Positions 9,017 through 18,515 of a stretch of DNA of 25,438 nucleotides are shown here, one piece after another. The stretch lies in NCBI GenBank assembly GCA_001819435.1, contig MHMT01000006.1:1-25438 (forward strand), read 5' to 3'. The translations under genes were made by a program, and so were the position numbers. The DNA comes from Candidatus Portnoybacteria bacterium RBG_13_40_8. Its GTDB lineage: Bacteria > Patescibacteriota > Minisyncoccia > RBG-13-40-8-A. The notes under the pieces are model-generated. The model searched no databases. It saw nothing but the letters and a program-made list of their open reading frames with translations, and had not been told where the DNA came from. The stretch's first letter is position 1; every line of letters starts with the position of its first letter.

Positions 9017-10411
9017 ATGAAGAAATCCGAATTGATATTCAGTAGCTTGCTTGTTCCGGTTGATTTTTTAATGTTCGTGGCTGCCGGAATAACTGCTTAT
9101 TTTTTGCGAGTGAGCTCTCTGGTAGCTAATTGGCGGCCCGTGCTTTTTACTCTGAATCTGCCTTTTCAAAGATATTTTATTTTACTTTTAGGAGTTTCTT
9201 TTTTTGGGATTTTGGTTTTTGCCGTTTCCGGTCTTTATAGTATTGGTCCTCAAAAAAGATTATTTAAAGAATTTTTTCAAATTGTAGTGGCAGTTTCAGC
9301 CACTATTTTGGCGGTTATTTTATATATCTTTTTTAGTCGTGAACTTTTTGAATCGCGTTTTATTATTTTGGTGGCCTGGATTTTTGCTATAATTTTTATT
9401 TCCCTTGGTCGTTTCTTGGTTAAAAAAATCCAGCGCTATTTGGTTGGGAGATATAATGTAGGAATTCATTATGTGATAGTGATTGGAAAGGATAAACTTA
9501 GTAGAAAGATAATAAAGGAAATTAGTCATCATCCGGACTTGGGCTACAGAATAATTAAAAGATTTCAAAAATTAAATATTAATAAAATTAAAAAATTTAT
9601 AAATCGGAGCAAACTCTTAATAGATGAACTAATTTTAGCTAGTCCTTATTATGAAAGAAGCGATGTTTTGGAGGTTTTAGATTTTTGCGAAGAGCAAAGA
9701 ATAGGGTTTAAATTCATTCCTAATCTTTTCCAGGCCCATACTACAAACATAGAATTAAATACGTTTGACGGGGTTCCCTTAATAGAGATAAAGAGAACCC
9801 CTCTAGACGGTTGGGGCAAGATAATAAAAAGAGGAGTCGATGTTTTGGGTTCGTTGATTGGTTTAATTTCGTTATCGCCAATATTTTTATTAATTGCCCT
9901 GTTTATAAAACTAGATTCCGAGGGACCGGTTTTTGAGCCTCTAGAAAGAATAAGCCAAAAGAAAGTTTTTAATCTTTATAAATTTCGTTCAATGATAAAA
10001 AACGCCCGATATATGAAGAAAGAGTTAATGACTCATAACGAACGGAAAGATGGTCCCTTATTTAAAATAAAGAGCGATCCAAGAATAACCAAAATAGGAA
10101 GATTTTTAAGAAACTACAGAATTGATGAATTACCCCAATTATTCAATGTTTTAAGGGGGGAGATAAGCCTGGTTGGTCCTCGTCCTCATCAGCCAGACGA
10201 AATAGAGAGATACGAAAAACATCATAAGAAAGTTTTACTTATCAAGCCGGGAATAACCGGTATGGCTCAAATTAGCGGCAGCTCCGATCTATTATTTGAA
10301 GAAGAAGTTAAGATAGATACTTATTATATTGAGAACTGGTCTTTGAAGAAAGATATATATATTCTTTTAAAGACACTAATAGTATTATTTAAGGATCGAT
10401 CTGCTTGTTAA
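9017..10411 (+). CDS. Polyprenyl glycosylphosphotransferase ('bacterial sugar transferase', WbaP/WcaJ-like initiating enzyme)
   Basis: N-terminal TM helices. C-terminal domain KFRSM...DELPQLFNVLRGEISLVGPRP...KPGITG, typical of undecaprenyl-phosphate hexose-1-phosphate transferases. Confidence 0.85.
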   Translation: MKKSELIFSSLLVPVDFLMFVAAGITAYFLRVSSLVANWRPVLFTLNLPFQRYFILLLGVSFFGILVFAVSGLYSIGPQKRLFKEFFQIVVAVSATILAVILYIFFSRELFESRFIILVAWIFAIIFISLGRFLVKKIQRYLVGRYNVGIHYVIVIGKDKLSRKIIKEISHHPDLGYRIIKRFQKLNINKIKKFINRSKLLIDELILASPYYERSDVLEVLDFCEEQRIGFKFIPNLFQAHTTNIELNTFDGVPLIEIKRTPLDGWGKIIKRGVDVLGSLIGLISLSPIFLLIALFIKLDSEGPVFEPLERISQKKVFNLYKFRSMIKNARYMKKELMTHNERKDGPLFKIKSDPRITKIGRFLRNYRIDELPQLFNVLRGEISLVGPRPHQPDEIERYEKHHKKVLLIKPGITGMAQISGSSDLLFEEEVKIDTYYIENWSLKKDIYILLKTLIVLFKDRSAC

Positions 10412-10440
10412 ATTTAGGCCTAGAGCCAATTAAATTTATG

Positions 10441-10577
10441 CCCCGTACTGAATTTTCGACTGCTCCGACCGCGGTCGGAGCGAAAAAGCACGGGACATAA
10501 TCAGGAAGTTAACTAATTATAAAGACCGTTAAATTATAGAATTTCGGCATTTAAAATGTCGAAAATCTAGTACAGGG
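10441..10577. repeat. 137-nt intergenic element bounded by an imperfect 20-bp inverted repeat, with an internal GC hairpin
   Basis: ccccgtactgaattttcgac (10441-10460) and gtcgaaaatctagtacaggg (10558-10577) are reverse complements at 17 of 20 positions. An internal perfect hairpin gctccgacc-gc-ggtcggagc lies at 10462-10482. The element ends 1 nt before the GT4 ATG. Confidence 0.55.
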
Positions 10578-10578
10578 T

Positions 10579-11685
10579 ATGAGAGTTGCTTTAATTCATG
10601 ATTATTTAAATCAATATGGAGGAGCAGAGCAGGTTTTAGGATCTTTAACCGAGATTTTTCCAAATGCACCAATTTACACTTTGCTTTATGATACCGAAAT
10701 TGTTAATAAATTTTTCCCGGATAAAAAAATCCGGGCATCTTTTTTACAGAAAATTCCTTTTATTAAATCACATCACCGTTTTTTCCCGCCGTTGATGCCC
10801 ATTGCTGTAGAAAAGTTCGATTTATCAGAATATGATTTAGTAATTTCTGATTCAGCCGCTTTTAGTAAGGGCGTGATTACTCGACCAGAGACATTTCATA
10901 TTTGTTATTGTCATACTCCGATTCGTTATGCTTGGGATGATAGTCATAAATACATTAGAGAATTCAGCATGCCCAAACTGGCCAAGATTTTTGTTCCGAT
11001 TTTTATGAATTATTTACGGCTTTGGGACAGAGAGGCATCTTTTAGGGTAGACAAATTTATTAGCAATTCTAATTTTGTAGCCCAAAGAATTAAAAAATAT
11101 TACAAACAAGATGCAACTGTAATTTATCCACCCGTGGACGTTAAAGCATTTTATCCATCAAATAAATTGGCTGATAATTATTTTTTGATGGTTGGTCGCC
11201 TTTTGCCCTATAAACGTTTTGATATTGCGATTAAGGCTTTTAATAATTTGGAATTACCTTTAAAAATTATTGGCAATGGACCAGAGGCGAAGAAATTAAA
11301 AAGAATGGCCAATTGGAATATTGAATTTCTTGGCGAACTGAATGCCGACAGATTGAGAGAATATTATCAAAACTGTCAGGCCCTAATCTTTCCTCAAGAA
11401 GAAGACTTTGGGATTGTTGCCCTGGAAGCAATGGCTTGTGGCAAGCCACTAATTGCTTATCGGGGTGGCGGTGCCCTGGAAAGCGTAAAAGATGGCGAGA
11501 CTGGAATATTTTTTGACGAGCAGACAATAGATTCATTGGTTGAGGCAGTTAAAAATTTTAAATTGAAAAAATTTAATTCGAAGAAGATTCGTCAACACGC
11601 TTTAAAATTTGATAAAGAGATTTTTAAGAAGAAAATCAAAGATTTTGTAGAAAAAAGTTATTATGAAAATCGGGATCGATATTAG
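10579..11685 (+). CDS. GT4-family glycosyltransferase
   Basis: GT-B fold. C-terminal EX7E-type motif region FPQEEDFGIVALEAMACGKPLIA. Confidence 0.8.
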   Translation: MRVALIHDYLNQYGGAEQVLGSLTEIFPNAPIYTLLYDTEIVNKFFPDKKIRASFLQKIPFIKSHHRFFPPLMPIAVEKFDLSEYDLVISDSAAFSKGVITRPETFHICYCHTPIRYAWDDSHKYIREFSMPKLAKIFVPIFMNYLRLWDREASFRVDKFISNSNFVAQRIKKYYKQDATVIYPPVDVKAFYPSNKLADNYFLMVGRLLPYKRFDIAIKAFNNLELPLKIIGNGPEAKKLKRMANWNIEFLGELNADRLREYYQNCQALIFPQEEDFGIVALEAMACGKPLIAYRGGGALESVKDGETGIFFDEQTIDSLVEAVKNFKLKKFNSKKIRQHALKFDKEIFKKKIKDFVEKSYYENRDRY

Positions 11686-12898
11686 GGTTTTGGGCAGGGG
11701 GAGAAGGACGGGAGTGGAGGATTACACGATTAATTTGCTGTCCTGTCTTTTACCAGCCGATAAATCTGTTAAATACAGATTATTTTATAATGGTTTTAGA
11801 AAATTCAAAGTCGAGTATCCTTGGCTAAAATTACCGAATGTCAAAATTAAAAAATTAAGAATTCCTAATCGAATTTTTGATTTATTTTTAAGATTTTTAA
11901 GATTCCCCAAGATAGATAAAGTTTTGGGAGGCGTAAATTTATTTTTAAGTCCTCATTTTTTACTAACTCCTCTTTCCAGAAAGAGTAAAATAATAGTAAT
12001 TTTTTATGATCTTTCTTTTATTAGATTTCCCGAGTTTTTTTCATTGCCGAAGCTTTTTTGGCATAAATTTATTTATCCTAGAAAACAGGCGCAGAAAGCA
12101 GACTTGATTGTTACTATTTCACAATCAACGAAAGATGATTTGATTAGCGTTTATAAAATAGCCCCAGAAAAAATAAAGGTTGTTTATCCAGGGATTAATA
12201 AAAAATTCAGATTAATAGACAAAAATGACCCCAATCTTCTGAGGGTAGCAAAAAAATATAAATTACCTGTTTCACCGGTGGGCGAATCAGATAATTTCAT
12301 TCTTTATTTTGGGACAATTGAACCCAGGAAAAATATTCTTGCCTTAATCAAGGCATTCGAACAGATAAGAGAAGAAAAGAGTCTTCCCCCTATTCAGATT
12401 CAATGGAAGGGATTTGAAGGGATGGTTAAAAGAGAACAGGAAAAATTTTTCGATTTTTCTAATCTTAAACTGGTTATCGCCGGTTCAAGGGGATGGCTCT
12501 ATAAGGGTGTTTTTAAAAAAATCAAAGAATCTCAATTTGGTAAAGATATTATTTTTACTGGTTATGTGGACGAAGAAGATAAGCCCTATTTATATAACTT
12601 AGCCGATGTTTTCGTCTATCCGAGTTTTTTCGAGGGATTCGGCTTGCCGCCGTTGGAAGCAATGGCTTGTGGCGTGCCGACAATTGTTTCAAATAATTCT
12701 TCTCTGCCCGAAGTTGTTGGCGAGGGAGCGGTTACGATTGATCCAAACAATATCAATGAGATTATCTTTGCGATTAGAAAAATTTTAGAAAATGAAGAAT
12801 TAAAAAATTATCTGAAAAATCAAGGATTAAAAAGGGCCAGAAATTTTAATTGGGAAAACACGGCTCAGAAATTTTTAAAAATATTTAAAGAATTATGA
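11663..12898 (+). CDS. GT4-family glycosyltransferase (paralog)
   Basis: FFEGFGLPPLEAMACGVPTIVSN motif. N-terminus MKIGIDIR resembles the next gene. Confidence 0.8.
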   Translation: MKIGIDIRVLGRGRRTGVEDYTINLLSCLLPADKSVKYRLFYNGFRKFKVEYPWLKLPNVKIKKLRIPNRIFDLFLRFLRFPKIDKVLGGVNLFLSPHFLLTPLSRKSKIIVIFYDLSFIRFPEFFSLPKLFWHKFIYPRKQAQKADLIVTISQSTKDDLISVYKIAPEKIKVVYPGINKKFRLIDKNDPNLLRVAKKYKLPVSPVGESDNFILYFGTIEPRKNILALIKAFEQIREEKSLPPIQIQWKGFEGMVKREQEKFFDFSNLKLVIAGSRGWLYKGVFKKIKESQFGKDIIFTGYVDEEDKPYLYNLADVFVYPSFFEGFGLPPLEAMACGVPTIVSNNSSLPEVVGEGAVTIDPNNINEIIFAIRKILENEELKNYLKNQGLKRARNFNWENTAQKFLKIFKEL

Positions 12899-13825
12899 AA
12901 ATAGGTATTGATGCTCGATTTTTCGGCGCTGAAGACAGGGGAATCGGAAGATATACGGAAAATTTAATTAGGAATTTAGAAAAAATTGATCTCCAAAATC
13001 AATATTTTATTTTTTTAAAAAAACAACGATGGGATAATTATAATCCCGAGAGTAAAAATTTTCAGAAAGTAAAATTTACTTTAAATTTTAAAAAATACGA
13101 GCTTGACTTGATGCATTTTACGCACTATAAGATACCATTCTATAATGATAAATTTATTCTGACTGTCCACGATTTGATTTGGCAGAAATTTCCGATATTT
13201 TGGTTTGTGAAAAGACTGATTTATAAAATATTTTTTAATCTGGCCATAAAGAAGTCGGAAAAGATAATCGCTGTTTCTAATTATGTCAAGGAGGATATTT
13301 TAAGAAATTATAAAATTAACCCTGAAAAAATCGTTGTCATTTATGAAGGAGTATCCTAAAAAATCATATATTCTATATGTCGGGAATGATTATCCTCATA
13401 AAAATCTGGAAAGACTAAAATTAGCATTTGATAGATTGATTAAAGAGAATAATCTGGATTATCAATTGATTTTAGTTACAAAATTTGTTAGCGAAGAAGA
13501 GTTGGACAATTTATATAAAAATGCCAGCTTATTTGTTTTCCCTTCTCTATCTGAGGGTTTTGGGTTACCGTCGCTTGAAGCTATGGCTCGTGGCGTACCA
13601 GTTGTTTCTTCTAATTCAACTTGTTTACCCGAAATTTTATGCGAAGCAGCGATTTATTTTAACCCATTAGATATAAACGATATTTACGAAAAAATAAAAA
13701 AAGTCCTTACAGACAAGGACCTACAAAAAAACCTTAGAGAGAAAGGATATAGGCAGATTAAAAGATATGACTGGAGAAATATGGCAAAAGAAACTCTAAA
13801 AATATATAATAACACCCCCGTCTAA
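12895..13825 (+). pseudogene. GT4 glycosyltransferase interrupted by a +1 frameshift at about 13357 (UCC UAA A)
   Basis: The 5' ORF (12895-13359, MKIGIDARFF...IYEGVS*) and 3' ORF (frame open from 13304, ...KKSYILYVGN...SEGFGLPSLEAMARGVPVV...) together form one GT4 protein co-linear with the upstream paralog. The two pieces are joined by skipping T13357. The site is adjacent to an A6 run. Confidence 0.6.
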
Positions 13826-13839
13826 GCGGGGGCGTTTTT
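13815..13839. terminator. Bidirectional intrinsic terminator (GT4 cluster on +, Hsp20 on -)
   Basis: cccccg-tctaag-cggggg followed by a T run. The GT4 stop codon TAA lies in the loop. Confidence 0.75.
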
Positions 13840-14461
13840 ACTCTTCTGCTTTTACTGATATTTTCTTTGTTTTTATTTTTTCTGATTTGGGAAGTTGGAT
13901 TGAAAGTATGCCATTTTTGATAGAAGCCTTTGCTCTGTCGGCGTCAACTTCAACTGGTAAAATGACCGACCGCGAGAAGGCGCCCCAATAAAGTTCCTGA
14001 TAATAGTAATCTTCGGTACTTATTTTTTCGTCTTTTGTTCTTTTTCCGCGAATCGTTACCATATCGTTTGTAATGCTGATGTCTATATCTTCGGGATTAA
14101 CTCCAGCGATGGTAGATTTAATTACTATATCGGAATCAGTTTGATAGACGTCAATGGTTAATTGACCCTCTTCGCCTTCTACTTCTTCGAGCCATCCTTT
14201 TTCTTCTGTTTCAGTTGGAACAGATTCCTCTTGATTTATTATTTTTTTGTTTTTTGGCATATTTAATGGTTCTTTTTTAATAATTTCTTCCTCAGTTATT
14301 TTCTCCTCTAATTTATTTGGTGGAGATATTTTTCTTTTCTTTTTCTCGACCTTTTTGGGGAGATTTTTTTTAGGGATTATTTGTTGTTTTGGTTCTTCTC
14401 TGATTATGTTTTCTTCGTTGATTGAAGCCCCGGTTAATTTTTCGAAAAATGATGCTGTCAT
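13838..14461 (-). CDS. Hsp20/alpha-crystallin small heat-shock protein with a ~90-aa Lys/Glu/Pro-rich N-terminal extension
   Basis: C-terminal alpha-crystallin domain (LTIDVYQTDSDIVIK...GVNPEDIDISITNDMVTIRG...ASIKNGILSIQLPK). The N-terminal region is low-complexity (KKVEKKKRKISPPNKLEEKITEEE). Confidence 0.85.
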   Translation of the reverse strand: MTASFFEKLTGASINEENIIREEPKQQIIPKKNLPKKVEKKKRKISPPNKLEEKITEEEIIKKEPLNMPKNKKIINQEESVPTETEEKGWLEEVEGEEGQLTIDVYQTDSDIVIKSTIAGVNPEDIDISITNDMVTIRGKRTKDEKISTEDYYYQELYWGAFSRSVILPVEVDADRAKASIKNGILSIQLPKSEKIKTKKISVKAEE

Positions 14462-14464
14462 GTT

Positions 14465-15184
14465 TTAAATTTTACAAATTGAACGATATTTTTTAATCTT
14501 TTTAAACATCTTGGAGATGATTATAGCCATTACCACCAAAAGAATCAACAGGTAGAAATTTCCCATCATATCATCAATTATTCCCTGACTACTTAATATT
14601 ATAATGTAGTTAAAAAGTGAGTGCAATATAGTGGCAGCCAAGAGCCCGCCGCCAATAAGTATTTTTCTTACTTTTGATGTTATAAGCAGGGACGCAGCCA
14701 GGAAATAGCCAGCTATACCTGAAGCAAGAGCGTGTAAGAAGGTGGCCCCCAGAAATCTAGACGTTGCAAACTCTATTGTGGATATAAGGGAGAGGGTTGA
14801 TGGGTGCATTTGGCTTAAGAGATAAATATTTTCGGCAGCGGCGAATCCCAAAGCAGAAATTATCATGTATATCATTGCATCGACCGGTTCATCAAATTCC
14901 GGATTTTTTAAAACCCAAAATCTCACAACAAGATATTTTAAGATTTCTTCAATAAGAGCAAAGCCGACTATTATAAATAATAACTTATTTAAAAAAATTT
15001 CCTCCTCGGCAACAAATGAAAGTCCCAGTTCCAAAAACCACGCTATCGGTACCATTAGTATTCCCCAAAGAAAGGTTTTAATTACCATTCTATTCGGTTC
15101 GGGATGCTTGTCTTTTCTAAGATAAAAGGCTAACCAGATAATACTCGGAAGAGGAGCAAGAAGCAAGCAAATAATTGTCTTCAT
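14465..15184 (-). CDS. PrsW-family intramembrane metalloprotease
   Basis: Polytopic membrane protein with the PrsW signature order EExxK (ALIEEILKYL), FAAxEN (GFAAAENIY), HxxxxG (HALASG) and HxxFN (LHSLFNYI). Confidence 0.65.
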   Translation of the reverse strand: MKTIICLLLAPLPSIIWLAFYLRKDKHPEPNRMVIKTFLWGILMVPIAWFLELGLSFVAEEEIFLNKLLFIIVGFALIEEILKYLVVRFWVLKNPEFDEPVDAMIYMIISALGFAAAENIYLLSQMHPSTLSLISTIEFATSRFLGATFLHALASGIAGYFLAASLLITSKVRKILIGGGLLAATILHSLFNYIIILSSQGIIDDMMGNFYLLILLVVMAIIISKMFKKIKKYRSICKI

Positions 15185-17328
15185 GGTTTAAAAATTTTTT
15201 CCGCTAAATTCTTAAAATTTCCACCGCCCTTTTTGCGGATTTCGGTTATTTCTTTTTTTATTTTTTCAAATTCTTCCTCCGTTTTTAGATTGATTAATTT
15301 TTTATCAGTTTTCGGCCATTCGCTAATAATCAAAGGAGTTTCTTTTTCGTGATTCAACTGCCAAATATATTCGGTTATAAACGGCATAAATGGATGAAGT
15401 AATTTTAGAATGATTTCGAAAACATAGACATTGAGATTATTTTCTTGGAGTTTGCTCATTTCAATATACCAGTCAGCGTATTCATGCCATACAAATTCAT
15501 ATAATCGGCGACTGGCTTCGCCCATTTGGTAAGATTCTATTTTATCTGTTGTATCCTTTATTAGTTCATTTAATCGGCTCATTATCCATTTGTCGGCTAA
15601 ACTAAGTTTTTGGGTTTTGAACGATGAGTATTGAGATTTATTTGAGATTTGAATGAATCGGTTCAAATTCCAAAGCTTGTTGGCGAAATTTTTACTTGCC
15701 CTAATCGCATCTTCGGAAAATCTTATGGCTTGTTGTTCGCGACTGGTTAAATACAATAAACCTAAACGAGTGGCATCGGCCCCATATTTTTCAATCAACT
15801 CCAAGGGATCCAATCCCGTTCCTAGCGACTTGCTCATCCTTTTACCTTCAATATTTAATACTGTTGAATGGATATAGACGTCTCTAAAGGGAATTTTTTT
15901 GCAAAGCTCCAAACTGGAAAATATCATCCTGGCAACCCAAAGATATATAATATCTTGAGCCGTAGATAAAAGAGTGGTCGGATAAAAAGTTTTTAAATCT
16001 TTGGTTTTTTTCGGCCAACCCAAAATGGCAAATGGCCATAGAGCCGAAGAAAACCAGGTATCCAGCACATCATTTTCTCCCTCCAAAGGAATTTTATGTC
16101 CCCACCACAATTGTCTGGAGATACACCAGTCTTCGATGTTTTTCATCCATTCCAGATAAATCTTTTTATAGCGAGCGGGGATAAATTTTATTTTATTCTC
16201 TTTTACGACTTTTATCGCCGGCCTTGCCAGTTTTTTCATTTTTACAAACCACTGTTTTGATATCAATGGTTCGACTGGCGTGCCGCAGCGGTCGCAGACT
16301 GCCAGAGAATGTTCGTAATCTTCTTCTTTTTCCAAAAGATTTTGCGTTTTTAAATCCTCGATGATTTTGTTTCTGGCATCAAGAATGTTTAAACCGGCAT
16401 ATTTTCCCGCATCTTGGGTCATTTTTCCGTCCTCGCCAATTACATTGATAATTCCTAATTTATGGGTTTTGGCCATTTTATAATCAACAATCGCGTGGGC
16501 GGGCGTAACTTTGACCGCTCCGGTGCCGAATTCCGGATCAATCAATCTGTCGGCAATAATCGGAATTTCTCGATTCATTAAAGGTAGAATAGCTGTTTTG
16601 CCGATTAAATTTTTGTATCTTTCATCTTTGGGACTGACTGCCACAGCCGTGTCTCCGAGCATTGTTTCGGGTCGAGTTGTGGCTACAGATATAAATCCTT
16701 CGTTATTTTTTAATGGATATTTCAAATACCAAAGCTTGGTTTTGCTGGGGATATATTTGATTTCTATATCGGAAATAGCAGTCGAGCATCTCGGACACCA
16801 GTTTACAATTCTCGGTCCCTGATATATCCAGCCCTTTTTATAATAATGCAGAAAAGCTGTTTCCACTGCCTTAACATAATCAGTATCCAAGGTAAATCTC
16901 GTTCTTGACCAATCGCAGGAACAGCCCAGTTTTTTCAATTGGTCTAAGATTAAATTTCCGTATTTTTCTTTCCATTGCCAAACTCTTTTGATGAATTTCT
17001 CCCGTCCTAAATCGTGGCGGGTTTTGCCTTCTTTTTTTAATTCTTTTTCCACCACATTTTGAGTGGCGATTCCCGCGTGGTCGGTTCCGGGCAACCAAAG
17101 CGTTGGTTTTTGGGTCATTCTATAGTATCTTGTCATCACATCTTGAATTGTATTATTTAGAGCATGACCCATATGTAGCGAGCCAGTGATATTTGGCGGA
17201 GGAATAGCAATTACGAATGGTTTTTTGCCTTTTTTGACAAGAGGTTTAAAAAATTCACCTTTTTCCCAAAGGTTATAAATTTTTTCCTCGACCTGTTTCG
17301 GCTCGTATGTTTTCGATATTTCCATCAT
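15181..17328 (-). CDS. valS: Valyl-tRNA synthetase (short form lacking the C-terminal coiled-coil)
   Basis: Class I HIGH motif PPPNITGSLHMGHALNNTIQD and KMSKS motif GKRMSKSLG. ValRS-like N-terminus (YEPKQVEEKIYNLWEK). Confidence 0.88.
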   Translation of the reverse strand: MMEISKTYEPKQVEEKIYNLWEKGEFFKPLVKKGKKPFVIAIPPPNITGSLHMGHALNNTIQDVMTRYYRMTQKPTLWLPGTDHAGIATQNVVEKELKKEGKTRHDLGREKFIKRVWQWKEKYGNLILDQLKKLGCSCDWSRTRFTLDTDYVKAVETAFLHYYKKGWIYQGPRIVNWCPRCSTAISDIEIKYIPSKTKLWYLKYPLKNNEGFISVATTRPETMLGDTAVAVSPKDERYKNLIGKTAILPLMNREIPIIADRLIDPEFGTGAVKVTPAHAIVDYKMAKTHKLGIINVIGEDGKMTQDAGKYAGLNILDARNKIIEDLKTQNLLEKEEDYEHSLAVCDRCGTPVEPLISKQWFVKMKKLARPAIKVVKENKIKFIPARYKKIYLEWMKNIEDWCISRQLWWGHKIPLEGENDVLDTWFSSALWPFAILGWPKKTKDLKTFYPTTLLSTAQDIIYLWVARMIFSSLELCKKIPFRDVYIHSTVLNIEGKRMSKSLGTGLDPLELIEKYGADATRLGLLYLTSREQQAIRFSEDAIRASKNFANKLWNLNRFIQISNKSQYSSFKTQKLSLADKWIMSRLNELIKDTTDKIESYQMGEASRRLYEFVWHEYADWYIEMSKLQENNLNVYVFEIILKLLHPFMPFITEYIWQLNHEKETPLIISEWPKTDKKLINLKTEEEFEKIKKEITEIRKKGGGNFKNLAEKIFKP

Positions 17329-17347
17329 GTTTTTATTATCTCAAATT

Positions 17348-18511
17348 TTAGCCAGTTCGTAAATTAGCATTGGCCTTGATTCGTTTCCAGGAATTATCCC
17401 GCGGAGCGGGATGTCGCTTCGCTCCAAAATATCCGGCCATGGCAATCATCGCGCCGTTGTCGGTACAAAGATTTTTTGGCGGAACCAAAAAATCTTTAAT
17501 TTCGAATTTCGAATTTCGAATTTCGAATTCGAACTGCTCGCGCAGTTCTGTGTTTGCCGCTACTCCGCCGGCAAGAATAATTGTTTTTGCCCTACATTCT
17601 TTGGCTGCCCGCAGGGTTTTTGAAATCAAGACATCAATTATCGCTTGTTGGGTTTCGTGGCATATTTCTTGAATAAATTTTTCATCTTTTAGTTTGTTTT
17701 TATTATCTTTTACTAAATACAAAACCGCTGTTTTGAGTCCACTGAAACTAAAATCATAATTTTTATGTTTGATCATCGGCCTCGGTAATTTGAAATTTGG
17801 GATTTTGGATTTGATTTGAAATTTGGATTTTGAAATTTGAAATTTAGTTGCTTGGGCAGCTATGACTGGTCCTCCCGGATATCCCAGCTCAAGCAGCTTG
17901 GCTACTTTATCAAAACACTCACCAGCCGCATCGTCACGTGTTTCGCCGATAATTTTATATTTGCCAAAATCTTTCATTAGAACCAGCTGGGTATGACCAC
18001 CAGAGACAACCAAGGCAATAGCAGGAAAAAATTTTGAATTTTGAATTTTTAATTTTGATTCAATTTTTGAATTTTTAAAATTCGAATTTGATTCGAAATT
18101 CGAAATTCGAGTTTCGAAATTAAAATCGCCACCCAATAAAGCAGAAACTATATGACCCTCGATATGATTAACCGGCACAATAGGAATTTGGAACTTATAT
18201 GCCAATGCCTTGGCAAAATTTACCCCAATCAAAAGTGAGGGGATTAAGCCCGGCCCAATAGTTACGGCGATTAAATCAATATTCTTCATTTTAACATTAG
18301 CTTCATTCAAGGCTGTTTTTAAACAGGGTTCGATGTTTTTTAAATGTTCCCTTGCAGCCAAATTCGGCACCACTCCGCCAAATGGCGCGTGAGTTTTTAT
18401 TTGCGAAGATACGATATTGGATAAAATTTTAAAAGCACCCTTTTTATTGGGGGCTTCAACGATCGCGACTCCCGTATCATCGCAAGATGTTTCAATTCCT
18501 AAGATTAGCAT
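17348..18511 (-). CDS. tsaD: tRNA N6-adenosine threonylcarbamoyltransferase TsaD (Kae1/YgjD) carrying three low-complexity insertions
   Basis: MLILGIETSCDDTGVAIVE, HIEGH, VSGGHTQL, DDAAGECFDKVAKLL, FSFSGLKT and CTDNGAMIA motifs. 387 aa against about 335-340 typical. Confidence 0.9.
   Translation of the reverse strand: MLILGIETSCDDTGVAIVEAPNKKGAFKILSNIVSSQIKTHAPFGGVVPNLAAREHLKNIEPCLKTALNEANVKMKNIDLIAVTIGPGLIPSLLIGVNFAKALAYKFQIPIVPVNHIEGHIVSALLGGDFNFETRISNFESNSNFKNSKIESKLKIQNSKFFPAIALVVSGGHTQLVLMKDFGKYKIIGETRDDAAGECFDKVAKLLELGYPGGPVIAAQATKFQISKSKFQIKSKIPNFKLPRPMIKHKNYDFSFSGLKTAVLYLVKDNKNKLKDEKFIQEICHETQQAIIDVLISKTLRAAKECRAKTIILAGGVAANTELREQFEFEIRNSKFEIKDFLVPPKNLCTDNGAMIAMAGYFGAKRHPAPRDNSWKRIKANANLRTG
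17498..17536. repeat. 7-nt simple-sequence repeat array (aatttcg)x4 plus a partial unit, inside tsaD
   Basis: Direct reading of the tandem heptamers. On the coding strand it translates to FEFEIRNSKFEIK. Confidence 0.85.
17787..17847. repeat. Degenerate 7-nt repeat array (aatttga / aatttgg / gattttg) inside tsaD
   Basis: Direct reading. It encodes KFQISKSKFQIKSKIPNFKLP on the coding strand. Confidence 0.8.
18026..18124. repeat. Degenerate 7-nt repeat array (aattttg / aatttcg family, about 14 units) inside tsaD
   Basis: Direct reading. It encodes FNFETRISNFESNSNFKNSKIESKLKIQNSKF on the coding strand. Confidence 0.8.
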
Positions 18512-18515
18512 ATAT

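Noticed and set aside
17498-18124. Heptamer repeat arrays considered as a possible CRISPR array or minisatellite outside genes.
   Set aside because: The units are 7 nt with no spacers and no cas genes, and they are translated in frame as part of tsaD. They are SSR inserts, not CRISPR.
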